A stretch of DNA of 64,000 nt from Eutreptiella sp. 'Long Island Sound 2002'. Lineage: Eukaryota > Protista > Euglenida. The stretch spans positions 84,196,001 to 84,260,000 of the forward strand of contig OZ038378.1 in assembly GCA_964036045.1 (NCBI GenBank), given 5' to 3'. How positions within the stretch are numbered: the first letter of the stretch is position 1; each line of letters begins with the position of its first letter. Both the position numbers and the translations under genes were made by a program. Shown piece by piece: positions 49,072 to 60,800 of the stretch. The notes below the pieces were generated by a model. It was not told where the DNA came from. It did no database searches and was given only the letters and a program-made list of their open reading frames with translations.

Positions 49072-52000
49072 TTAGTTGGAGCTCACCATGTTGCTGCCTC
49101 CATGACCCTTTCTTGGCTTGGAGAAGATTTGCTTCCGTTTATAAGCAAGTTTTTGAGGCCTCCCCGCCCCAATCCTGCTGCCACCATGCCCATTTTCCTT
49201 CGCATGGTGAAGTCCTTGAGGTGAAATGGGGCTACCCACGGGGAACCAAACCAACCAACCCTGCTGCCGCACCTCATTCGATGCCATGCCCTGAACAAAT
49301 GTTTCCTTATTTGTATACGCCCTAGTGCCTTGCCACCACTTCACAAAACTGTCGAAACTTCCCTCCTTGTGGGAGGGAGATGTAAACAAGAAATGAGGTT
49401 TGGCACTCCCCCGCCCCCCTAGGCACACTGCTAACATCCTCACAATATCAATGTCGGGGCAGGGTTGAACAATCCTGGCTTCCGCATCTGCTGCCTTTAG
49501 ATCTGCCGACAACGTTGCCATGACCTTGTAGAAGTGCTCAGACCGCTGAGCCCTCTGTAGCAGGAGCCCTTCCATCCATTTGTGAAGACTTTCGAGGAGT
49601 GCATAGCACTCCTCAACAGTGAAAACATCGTACCGCTCCTGGGTGACTTCATTGAGATTCAGCAAACCGTCCCGTGCTAGGGCTCCCAAAATTTTGCTTG
49701 CAGTGAAGCCACAACGTGGCTGCCCATCTGCTGCTCGTCGGACCTTTTTTGTTGGATTCAAAGGCGTGGGGACCTGGCGTCGGAAGCCGGGCTGGCTCCA
49801 GCGTTGAACTTTCACATTCGCGCCAGGCACCGCCCTACGCACTATGCTGGCAAGGAGCTTGCACACTCGTCCAATGACTGAAGAAGTGGCAGCTCCTGCC
49901 TCAAGAATCTCAACCTCCCATTCCAACCCACCCTCACTCCTTGTTGCTTGGGCGATGACAACAAGGCAGTGGCCCACCCCATCAAAGGCACCCCCTGTAC
50001 CTCGGACATCTCTTCGCATATCTTTTGCCTGCGCGGTTCGCTTGGCCTGACCCTTTGGTGCAGGCTTAGTGCAAGCATCGGGTGCTTCCGGCTCCAAGAA
50101 GCCGTTTATGCATATGCGGCGCAAGAAGGTTAGCGCAACATGGCGGCTCAAAGGCTCAGGGAGGTTGCCTTGCCAATGGCGAGCTCGGAGGTCAGTGGAA
50201 AAACCTTGCCGGTATTCAACCAAAGCAACAAGGTTAAGCTGCGCCAAAAGTGGGTCAGTGTCGGGTCGATCAAGTTTCAGCAGCCGTTCGCTCGGAACAT
50301 TCATCTCGAAAGCCATGACGTCCTCAGGGTTGTTGAAATACTCCTTGACAGGTCGAATGGTGGTGTCCCATTCTCCGGAGGAGTTTGCTTGCCCAAGTTG
50401 TCCTTCCATTTGTCGAAGTGCACTCACAAAAAAAAGCCCCCGAACCAACACCATGTCCAACTTGCATTCCCCTGAACATGGCCACGGAATAGTAGAGAGT
50501 CCAACGGGGACACCTTCAACAAAGTCCCCGCCAGGCCTGCCGCTTCCAAAGATCCAACTAAATTTTCTTGTCCTTTCCTCCTTGGAAAAATACATAGCGG
50601 TTGGGCCATCTTTGTTGGGACCTAATGGTGTAGCCCAAAGAACCCGAACCTTATCACCTACCTTCAGAACACCTCTTGCCACTTGATCGGCGACACAAAG
50701 GGCTGCAACAGGGGAGGCCTCCTCCATCCCATTTTGAGTCCCCTTCCCCGTACTGTCCGCTCGTGTTCCCAATTCACTCTCCACATCTTGGAGTCCCCTA
50801 ACCCTATCACTCGAAACTGCAATCGGAATTATGGGTGGGGCTAGCATTGTGGTTGTGGCTTGGGGTGTGGCCAGAGCTAGGGTTGTGGCCCGGGTTGAAG
50901 CTGGGATAGCAACCAGGGCTGGGGCTGGAGCCGCGCTGACGGTTGTGGCTATGGTTGTCGCTGGGGCTAAGGATGGAGCTATGGCGGCGGATGGACTTTG
51001 GGTTGGGGCAAAGGAGGCGGCTGGCATTGTGGACGGGGCCAGGGCTCGGGTGGGGCCGGGAGTTGTGGTTGGGGTTGTGGTTGGGGCTTGCACTGGAACT
51101 TGAACCGCGGTTGTGGTTGGGGCTAAGGATGGGGCTAGGGCTGTGGTAGTGGCGGTTGCTAGGGTTGGGGTTGTCGTTGTGATTGTGCATGGGGCTAGCG
51201 TTGAGGCCAGGGCTGGGTTGGGGGCTAGGGTTATTCCCGCAATTGGGCTTGAAGCTGACTCGGAGGATAGGGCTCGGGGGGGTTGTGGGGATGGGGCTGG
51301 GGTTAGGGCTTGGGGTGTGGCTACAATTGTGGTGACGGGTGATCCTTGGGTTGGGGCCAAGGATGGAGTTGGCGTTGGGGTTGTGGTTGTGGTTGCGGTT
51401 GGTGCTCCGGCTGATGCTTGGGCTGGGGATGCGGCTGCGGCAAGGGCTGGGATTGTGGCTTGCCGGGTAGATTTGGCATGGGCTGTGGCCTGGGCTGGTA
51501 TAGGGACCGCGGTCTGGGCGTTGGCAGAGGTTGTGGCGGAAAGGACGCCTTGGGCCGGGGTTGTGGTTGGGTCTGTGGCTAGGGCTAGGGCCGGGGATGG
51601 GGCCGGCGTTGGTGCTTGGGCTGAGCCTATCACTACGGCTGTGGTTGGGACAGAAACAAAAGTCGTGGCTTCAGGTGGGGTTGCATGTGTGGCTTCAACT
51701 AAATCATTATATCCAACTACCGCTTCACCTTGCTTACACTGGCTTCTCTCGTGGGATGTACCTCGGGTGGAGCTTCGTCCCAGAAATCGTGAGATGGCCC
51801 CATGCAGCTCTTGCCGAAAAGCAGTCGGGTTGAAATCCGGGAAGAGTTCGGTTGATCGAAGGGGAAGATGGGAGAACAGACATTCTTGCAGTTTGGGCAC
51901 TATCCCTGAACGTTCATGTGCAAGGAGCTTGCCAAACCAGCATACAAATACCCCACAGTCCCTATTATTATCTTGCTTTCGAACCGGGACCATCTTGACT

Positions 52001-53624
52001 TCACCAAAATGGAGCGTTGAGGCATTCGGCTCAATGGATCTCCTTGCCATTAGAAACATCTGGATTTTGTCACACATTTGCCGAGAGATGAATGCTGCCC
52101 CACCGCGGCCCGAGTCGAAAACACACAAATGAATGACCAGTCCAACGGGTAGCACCAAAACACCAAAAAAATGATTTCCGGTGTGCACTGGGAAAAAAAT
52201 CTTTTTACCCAGCAATTGTGACTTCCTAAATATCTCGGTAGCAACCTTCTCAGGCCCGTTTTTCAGCATTGTGGCCACTGACAAAGGAAGAAAAGCAATG
52301 TCAGAGCTCAAGTGAGACAGATAGTAGTCGATGACTTGGGCATTTAGCCATCCCCGATGAGACCCCGCAACATTGATACACCGGTCAAGGTCTGCCGCAC
52401 TTACTAGCGCAAAGTCATCAGCCTCGGTAAAAACATCGTTCCCTCCATTCTCAGCAGCCTCCTCCATATCCACGTCCATCGGGCTGGCTTTAGAACGTGA
52501 ATTTGGCAATGGCAGTTGAGGCGTGGTGGTGTCGGGGGTGCCCACGCTAGCAGCGCCGATGTTGAGTGTGTTGGGAGTGGCCACAACGGTCGTAGTGTCA
52601 GTGCCGGCACTGGACGTGGACTAAGAGAACAAAAGAGTGCTATGAGTTGGTGCCCTCTATGAGTGCAAGCACGAAGTGATAGCATTGCCAGACTCAAAAA
52701 GGGCATCTACACGATTTTGATGCAAACATGAAGCACACACCGTTGGCCATTGTTGCTGCTCCCTAATCTCCTCCAAAGCCATCTCTGCCGAAAGGGCAAC
52801 ATCACGAGATGAGCGTCAGAGCTAAACATTGGTTGCAGTGACCGCACTTCAGGTTGGGTGGTAGTACGAATCAGCATGGTAGCTGCGGCTGTAGCGGGAT
52901 TCGTCGTGGACATGCCGGTGATTGCTGCAAAGCCTTGTCACTTGTGCTAAATGGGTAATTCACTGCACACGTGAACTCAAAATTGATTCCATGAAATTCA
53001 ATATGGACACCAACACATACCTTTGGCACTTGAGCATCATCCCTTGTACCCTGCGCTGGAACCAACTCCGCCGGATGCGCAATTTCATGGGGCCAAGGTT
53101 TTGGGCTAGGTTTAGATGCTGAGGATGGTGAAAGCGGTTGATGCGCAGCAGCGGCAATGTTGCTTGTGTTGGTCGCGGTGAGGGACACACCAGCACTGGT
53201 GGTGGACGTGGCCCTCGGTACTGTCTGAAATGAAAATGGTAGTGCTTTGAAACATTGGAACCCCCCAAACCCCGCCACGTGTCCCACATACGTGCATTCA
53301 GGTACATAGCTAATGCATGGACAAAGGGTGCCATGTAAATTTGTGCATTCCAAAAGAAGAACTCTAATAGTTCCCTAACGGCTTCCTATGCAACGTCAAG
53401 GTCCCTTCATTCGCATTCAGTCTGCAGGAATCATGAAAAGATTTATCAAATTGCAAAGATCCATGTCCTAAGAGTTCAATTAAGCAAGGCAAGCTGCAAG
53501 CAACAAGGCACAACACCTGATTTGTTTCCCCATTCCGAATCCTTTTTTTCAGCAAGAGGCGCTCCAACTTCTCCTGTGCCTGCAGCGCCGCCTCCGTCAA
53601 TTCGTTGGCGACGCCATTAGACAT
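49072..53624 (-). CDS. Intron-containing Ulp1/SENP (peptidase C48) family protease gene with a Thr/Pro/Ala-rich linker and further diverged domains
   Basis: Large exon from 52620 (acceptor ttctcttag): GWLNAQVIDYYL, FFPVHTGNHFFGVLV (His), CVFDSG (Asp), KQDNNRDCGVFVC (Gln, Cys). Upstream GT-AG exons: 53624-53517 (MSNGVANELTE...NQ), 53224-53021, 52924-52848. The exon 2/3 junction is one base out of phase in this model. Confidence 0.85.
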
Positions 53625-53789
53625 GGTGACTACTAACAATGACAAACACTCTAAGATTGTGAAACACGTTGTGTGCGGTTTGAGCGTAGTGAGCACTCAC
53701 GGCTCTTCAACTTAACAAGGAGGCAGTGGCGTACATGACGCGTTAATTTCACCGGCCCCAAAGCATTTGGGTGGAATGCACAGTGCCTA

Positions 53790-54030
53790 GATAATATGTA
53801 TCTATTTAGTCTACGGGTTTTAGTGGGGTGGCGCTTTGGCCCCTCCAACACTTTGTGTCCCATGGTGAGTTCCTTTGCTCGGCAACAATATGACATCCAC
53901 TGTTGTGTTTGCGCACATTGCAATTGCTTGTACATGGAGGTTCATGTGGTCCACAAACTCGGGGGCAGCTACTCCAAGTGTACATCGATGGCATCAGTTT
54001 CAAGTCTGCTAGCGTGTTTGGGTTCAAGTG
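53790..54030. repeat. Degenerate copies of the ~150-bp repeat upstream of the Ulp1 gene
   Basis: ccctccaacactttgtgtcccatggtgagttcctttgctcggcaacaat...tttcaagtctgctagcgtgtttggg. Confidence 0.65.
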
Positions 54031-55929
54031 CACCAAACTGCTGTCTCAACAAGGGGATTGCATGCAACACCGACAAAGCGATGAAGATCATGACACAGTG
54101 ACACGACTTCATTTGTTTTGAACACACAGTGCCAGAAAAACCACCGCGAGCCTACACTAGTACATCAAATGCCATGCCTACCCTTGGGGGGGAGGGGAGG
54201 CGTCAAGTGATGCACCAGTGGGGGGGGGGGGGGACAATTGCACAACACACACCAAGCCCTTCCGAGGCAAAATCCGTGGCTTATCGGTCGCTTGCTGTAC
54301 AAGGCTTCAGGATACACACCGACATGTGCAGATGCTGATGGGTCATGCACATGATGCAAAAAAGAAAATACTCACAATGCACAGCACTGAATCATCAATC
54401 TGCTACCTGTCCCTATTGCTTAACAAAGATAGTGCAAATTTGCCTATTGGGGTCCCACACAATCTTGAACTGCCACACATGCTGCCCAGGAACGGTAGAG
54501 ATGCGAGCCGGCTTCAGGCTTCAGGCTTCAGGGTGGGGGGGTGCATCAATGTCACATTTCACATGATCGCCATAGCGCAATTGCAAGACATCCGTGTCCA
54601 AGCTCATGTGCACGTCTTGGACCATTGCACTCCTTGGACCTTTGAAACGTTCTCTGGAGGCATTGTGGTGTACAATGTCTGTTCTACAAAGCAGCTTGTG
54701 ATGGCCATTGTGCCATTGCCCTCTCGCCCGAGGGGGCTTGACTGGGGGGGGGGGGGGGGCGAAGGCATACGAAGCCTCTGGTGTGCGGGTTGAATGCTTT
54801 CACCAAAGGACACACGGTGCCACAAATCTCTGATCCTCAAGCCGTGAAAGGGCCCTAAAAATGAATCACTGCTCTTCAGTGCTAGCCGAGCTACTCCGTC
54901 TATTGGGCTCAGAAAGATCAATCACAAATATCTCGAATGAGGACCTATAGGCCGACATATGAGTCGGCATAAGAGAAATGAAACGTTATGCCGAAATGTA
55001 ACAGTGTAAAAGCTGCATCAAGTATGGAGTTTTGCTTGGGGGGATCCAAGCTTGCTTTTCATTTGGTGTTGTCTGTGGGCGATGTTGTTGACCATCATTA
55101 TTGCAGCAAGTACGCGTTGTCAATAATTACGACACATCTTCAACAGAGTTCGCTCATGAGCTAATCCCCCACCTAATTTCTTGGAACTAGGAAAAATGTG
55201 CCCAACCTTTATGTCAGCCACACACACTAAGGGACCGCAGTTGGCAAATTGGTGCTCCTCCAATGTCCGCATTGATGGTGTTCATCAAACTGTCATAAGT
55301 CCTGGAGCAGCCTATCATAAGAGCCTCCTTCAAAGCCTGGCATACCTGGCCACATGAAGAGAACAACATTTCCACTGCGTGAGTGAATATGTGCAAAAGA
55401 ACTACTAAGACGCCGCATCCCGTTTTGAAATTATGTTGCACTGTTGTTTCACTTTGACAAAGGAGAGGAAAAGTGTTGTCAAGAGGGGTATCCAATATGC
55501 TAGCAGATGAGGACTGAATTTTTGTGAGTAGGGGTGGGGATTGAGCTTTAGCATACATATTGGGGGCCGTGAACTAATTTCCAACCGGGGATGAACCAAG
55601 AAGGGCACACTTCTTGACATGGACTCTGACTGCATGATTAGTGCGCCATTCCAATCCGTTTTGTGCATTTGATGTGAAATCCTCGATCCTACGCCCCCCC
55701 CCCGCTCAACCACCATGGAACATTTACCACAGAATAGTTTATCCCACCCCACCCCGCCCCCACCGCTAAATGTCCCCGGGGACCCAAACACCGATGTACC
55801 ACAAGAGAGGAGGGGGGGGGGGGGAGAGGGGGGTCTCATCCCTCTCTCATCCCCCAACTCCTTCTTCACGCCTTTTGCTTGTTCATTGAGTTACTTGACC
55901 ACAAGGTCACATTCCCCTCTTTCGATGTG

Positions 55930-56800
55930 CGTGGACATCACTATGCAATCTACCTAGACGCACTGGCAGACTTGAAATTGTTGCCCACCATAGGAACATG
56001 CCATGACATGTGAAATGTAGAGAATATGCGGTAATGTTGATAGTCGCCGCCCCAAAAATTCTGGGCCGAATGAATATCCGGGCACTATGCAATCTACCTA
56101 TGTACACATGGCGGACTTGTCATTGTTGAACCCACCATGGGATGAGAAGTGTTGAGAGCGTGCGGTATTATTGATAGCAGCTGCCTGCAAAATTTGGGGC
56201 CGAATGGACCTGCCGAATCCAAGCACTATGGAATCAACCTGTGTACACACACCAGCGGACTTGAAATTGTTGCCAAGCCTAGGAACCCACCATGGAATAT
56301 GAAGTGTTGAGAGCGTGCAGTATTACTCATAGTAAGTACCCCCAGATTCCTGGGCTCTCCTTGTGCTAGCAACCCTGCATGATTGTGAAATCGATGTTGA
56401 CCATCAAATTGTCTCCAAGAAGTCCACTTGAGCTTCACAAGATGTTTCCTCGCGGTTGCCGCCTGCGTTGTCTGATGCCGCCTGCCATGTAACGTCCATT
56501 GGCCAGCCATGAATGATATACTGGCCAGACCACTAGTCGAATGGCAAATTTACATGGTAAATGTGTAAATTTTACAACAATGCCCGTTTTTTTTTGGCCG
56601 TGGCCGTCTGTATATGTGTTTATAGGTGACAGGATCCTATGCTTGGAAACAATTTCAATTCCGCGTGTGCGCAAATTGCATAGTTGCTTGCATATGGCAA
56701 GTCCATTCAGCCCAGAATTTGAGGGGCAGGTACTGTTTCCCCACGGCGCATGCTCTCGATACTTCTTATCCCAGTTCCTATGCCTGACAACATTTTCAAG
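55930..56800. repeat. Degenerate copies of the ~150-bp repeat in both orientations
   Basis: cactatgcaatctacctagacgcactggcagacttgaaattgttgccc... at 55940-56340, and the opposite orientation at 56630-56800. Confidence 0.8.
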
Positions 56801-57467
56801 TCCGCCACGACCACACAAAACAATGTGGACAGTGCATGGCATTGCTCAGTGAGGAAAACACCACACACCCCAGCAAGGAGATGGAGGCGTCAAGGGGTCG
56901 GTCGGCAGGTTAGGTTCTTTTTTGTGCTGTTACACTGCGGGTGTTGGGGCCCAGAATCAAAGTGGCATACACAGTAACTCAGCCCAGCAGTTCACAGCAG
57001 GCACACAAAGACCGTCAGTGGCACGTAGCACAACACAACGTTTTGTCTGAAATCCTCCAAAACTCTTCAAAGAGCAGAGAAACCCTCAGCAATCCCCACC
57101 AAGCACTGGGTCACTAGGCTCCCGGGTGGTATCTAGCAGTACATAGTAGCTCGACCCAGGAGTACAGAGCAGTCATAAAGAAAAATGCTAGCGGTATGCT
57201 GCAGTTCAAAACCCACTCAACCTCAGGTCTAGTAGGTTGGCTGCCTGCCAAAAAACCAGTGCATGTACATAAATACCTCAAACAACATCATCTTCCAATG
57301 GATGTCGAACAGATGATATTTATTTCACCCATCGCCAGCACACCAAGCAAGCAGTTGTCACTCTGCAACATCCTCATGGAACAAGCCCCAGAGATGCTCA
57401 CAGCCAGAGGCAAACCTGCAAAGGTGGGCCAAAACGAAAATGCACACAGCCATGCACTTTGCCCTCT

Positions 57468-57868
57468 GGCCTGGCGGGAAGACGGCCCAGCCTGGCGGGA
57501 AGACAGCCCCGGCCTGGGCGGGAAGATGGTCCAGCCTGGGCGGGAAGGCCCAGCCTGGCGAGAAGACGGCCCATCCTGGCGGGAAAGCCCAGCCTGGCAG
57601 AAAGACGGCACAGCCTGGCGGGAAGACGGCCCAGCCTGGCGGGAAGATGGCCCCAGCCTGGGCGGAAAGACGGCCCAGCCTTGCAGGGAGGGCCCGCCCT
57701 GGCGGCGGGAGGGCCCCGCCTGGCGGCGGGAAGGCCCAGCCTGGCGGGAAGACAGCCCAGCCTGGCGGGAAGACGGCCCAGCATGGCGGGAAGGCCCAGC
57801 CTGGCAGAAAGACGGCACAGCCTGGCGGGAAGACAGCCCAGCCTGGCAGGAAGACGGCCAAGCCTGGC
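57468..57868 (+). repeat. GC-rich ~21-bp minisatellite (CAGCCTGGCGGGAAGACGGCC)
   Basis: Unit visible directly with 15-, 18- and 21-bp variants. It abuts the 181-bp satellite. Confidence 0.92.
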
Positions 57869-57875
57869 ACACGAC

Positions 57876-60800
57876 GTGTTCCCATGTTTTTGCGCCCGAA
57901 AACTTTGAAAATTTTAGGAAATTGTTTTATGCCTGTATGTCTACCGCAGCAATGCCTGGCCCTTGTTTATGGGCTCCCACCCCCTGGAGATCCCTTGTTC
58001 AGGGAGAGTCCAGGGTGGTGGGTCAGGCTGCAGAGTGTAGGCCACAGACACAGAACATGTTCCCATTATTTTGTGCCTGAAAACTTTGAAAATTTTGAGA
58101 AATTGTTTTATGCCTATATGTCTACCCCAGCAATGCCTGGCCCTTGTGTATGGGCTCCCACCCCCTGGAGATCCCTTGTTCAGGGAGAGTCCAGGGTGGT
58201 GGGTCAGGCTGCAGAGTGTAGGCCACAGACACAGAACGTGTTCCCATGTTTTTGTGCCTGAAAATTTTTAAAATTTTAGGAAATTGTTTTATGCCTATAT
58301 GTCTACCCCAGCAATGCCTGGCCCTTGTGTATGGGCTCCCACCCCCTGGAGATCCCTTGTTCAGGGAGAGTCCAGGGTGGTGGGTCAGGCTGCAGAGTGT
58401 AGGCCACAGACACAGAACGTGTTCCCATGTTTTTGTCCCGGAAAACTTTGAAAATTTTGAGAAATTGTTTTATGCCTATATGTCTACCCCAGCAATGCCT
58501 GGCCCTTGTGTATGGGCTCCCACCCCCTGGAGATCCCTTGTTCAGGGAGAGTCCAGGGTGGTGGGTCAGGCTGCAGAGTGTAGGCCACAGACACAGAACG
58601 TGTTCCCATGTTTTTGTGCCTGAAAACTTTGAAAATTTTAGGAAATTGATTTATGTCTATATGTCTACCCCAGCAATGCCTGGCCCTTGTGTATGGGCTC
58701 CCACCCCCTGGAGATCCCTTGTTCAGGGAGAGTCCAGGGTGGTGGGTCAGGCTGCAGAGTGTAGGCCACAGACACAGAACGTGTTCCCATGTTTTTGTGC
58801 CCGAAAACTTTGAAAATTTTAGGAAATTGTTTTATGCCTATATGTCTACCCCAGCAGTGCCTGGCCCTTGTGTATGGGCTCCCACCCCCTGGAGATCCCT
58901 TGTTCAGGGAGAGTCCAGGGTGGTGGGTCAGGCTGCAGAGTGTAGGCCACAGACACAGAACGTGTTCCCATGTTTTTGTGCCTGAAAACTTTGAAAATTT
59001 TAGGAAATTGTTTTATGCCTATATGTCTACCCCAGCAATGCCTGGCCCTTGTGTATGGGCTCCCACCCCCTGGAGATCCCTTGTTCAGGGAGAGTCCAGG
59101 GTGGTGGGTCAGGCTGCAGAGTGTAGGCCACAGACACAGAACGTGTTCCCATGTTTTTGTCCCGGAAAACTTTGAAAATTTTGAGAAATTGTTTTATGCC
59201 TATATGTCTACCCCAGCAATGCCTGGCCCTTGTGTATGGGCTCCCACCCCCTGGAGATCCCTTGTTCAGGGAGAGTCCAGGGTGGTGGGTCAGGCTGCAG
59301 AGTGTAGGCCACAGACACAGAACGTGTTCCCATTATTTTGTGCCTGAAAATTTTTAAAATTTTAGGAAATTGTTTTATGCCTATATGTCTACCCCAGCAA
59401 TGCCTGGCCCTTGTGTATGGGCTCCCACCCCCTGGAGATCCCTTGTTCAGGGAGAGTCCAGGGTGGTGGGTCAGGCTGCAGAGTGTAGGCCACAGACACA
59501 GAACGTGTTCCCATGTTTTTGTCGCCGAAAACTTTGAAAATTTTAGGAAATTGTTTTATGCCTATATGTCTACCCCAGCAATGCCTGGCCCTTGTGTATG
59601 GGCTCCCACCCCCTGGAGATCCCTTGTTCAGGGAGAGTCCAGGGTGGTGGGTCAGGCTGCAGAGTGTAGGCCACAGACACAGAACGTGTTCCCATGTTTT
59701 TGTGCCTGAAAACTTTTAAAATTTTAGGAAATTGATTTATGTCTATATGTCTACCCCAGCAATGCCTGGCCCTTGTGTATGGGCTCCCACCCCCTGGAGA
59801 TCCCTTGTTCAGGGAGAGTCCAGGGTGGTGGGTCAGGCTGCAGAGTGTAGGCCACAGACACAGAACGTGTTCCCATGTTTTTGTGCCCGAAAACTTTGAA
59901 AATTTTAGGAAATTGTTTTATGCCTATATGTCTACCCCAGCAGTGCCTGGCCCTTGTGTATGGGCTCCCACCCCCTGGAGATCCCTTGTTCAGGGAGAGT
60001 CCAGGGTGGTGGGTCAGGCTGCAGAGTGTAGGCCACAGACACAGAACGTGTTCCCATGTTTTTGTGCCCGAAAACTTTGAAAATTTTAGGAAATTGATTT
60101 ATGCCTATATGTCTACCCCAGCAATGCCTGGCCCTTGTGTATGGGCTCCCACCCCCTGGAGATCCCTTGTTCAGGGAGAGTCCAGGGTGGTGGGTCAGGC
60201 TGCAGAGTGTAGGCCACAGACACAGAACGTGTTCCCATTGGTTTGTGCCTGAAAACTTTGAAAATTTTAGGAAATTGTTTTATGCCTATATGTCTACCCC
60301 AGCAATGCCTGGCCCTTGTGTATGGGCTCCCACCCCCTGGAGATCCCTTGTTCAGGGAGAGTCCAGGGTGGTGGGTCAGGCTGCAGAGTGTAGGCCACAG
60401 ACACAGAACGTGTTCCCATGTTTTTGTCCCGGAAAACTTTGAAAATTTTGAGAAATTGTTTTATGCCTATATGTCTACCCCAGCAATGCCTGGCCCTTGT
60501 GTATGGGCTCCCACCCCCTGGAGATCCCTTGTTCAGGGAGAGTCCAGGGTGGTGGGTCAGGCTGCAGAGTGTAGGCCACAGACACAGAACGTGTTCCCAT
60601 TATTTTGTGCCTGAAAACTTTTAAAATTTTAGGAAATTGTTTTATGCCTATATGTCTACCCCAGCAATGCCTGGCCCTTGTGTATGGGCTCCCACCCCCT
60701 GGAGATCCCTTGTTCAGGGAGAGTCCAGGGTGGTGGGTCAGGGTGCAGAGTGTAGGCCACAGACACAGAACGTGTTCCCATGTTTTTGTCCCCGAAAACT

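Noticed and set aside
54600-55560. Short minus-strand ORFs as exons of an additional cargo gene
   Set aside because: No recognisable domain and no consistent splice model.
57196-58261. ORFs with REDGPAW / GGKTAQP peptide repeats as a repeat protein
   Set aside because: All frames are open only because of the 21-bp GC minisatellite, and there is no unique coding domain.
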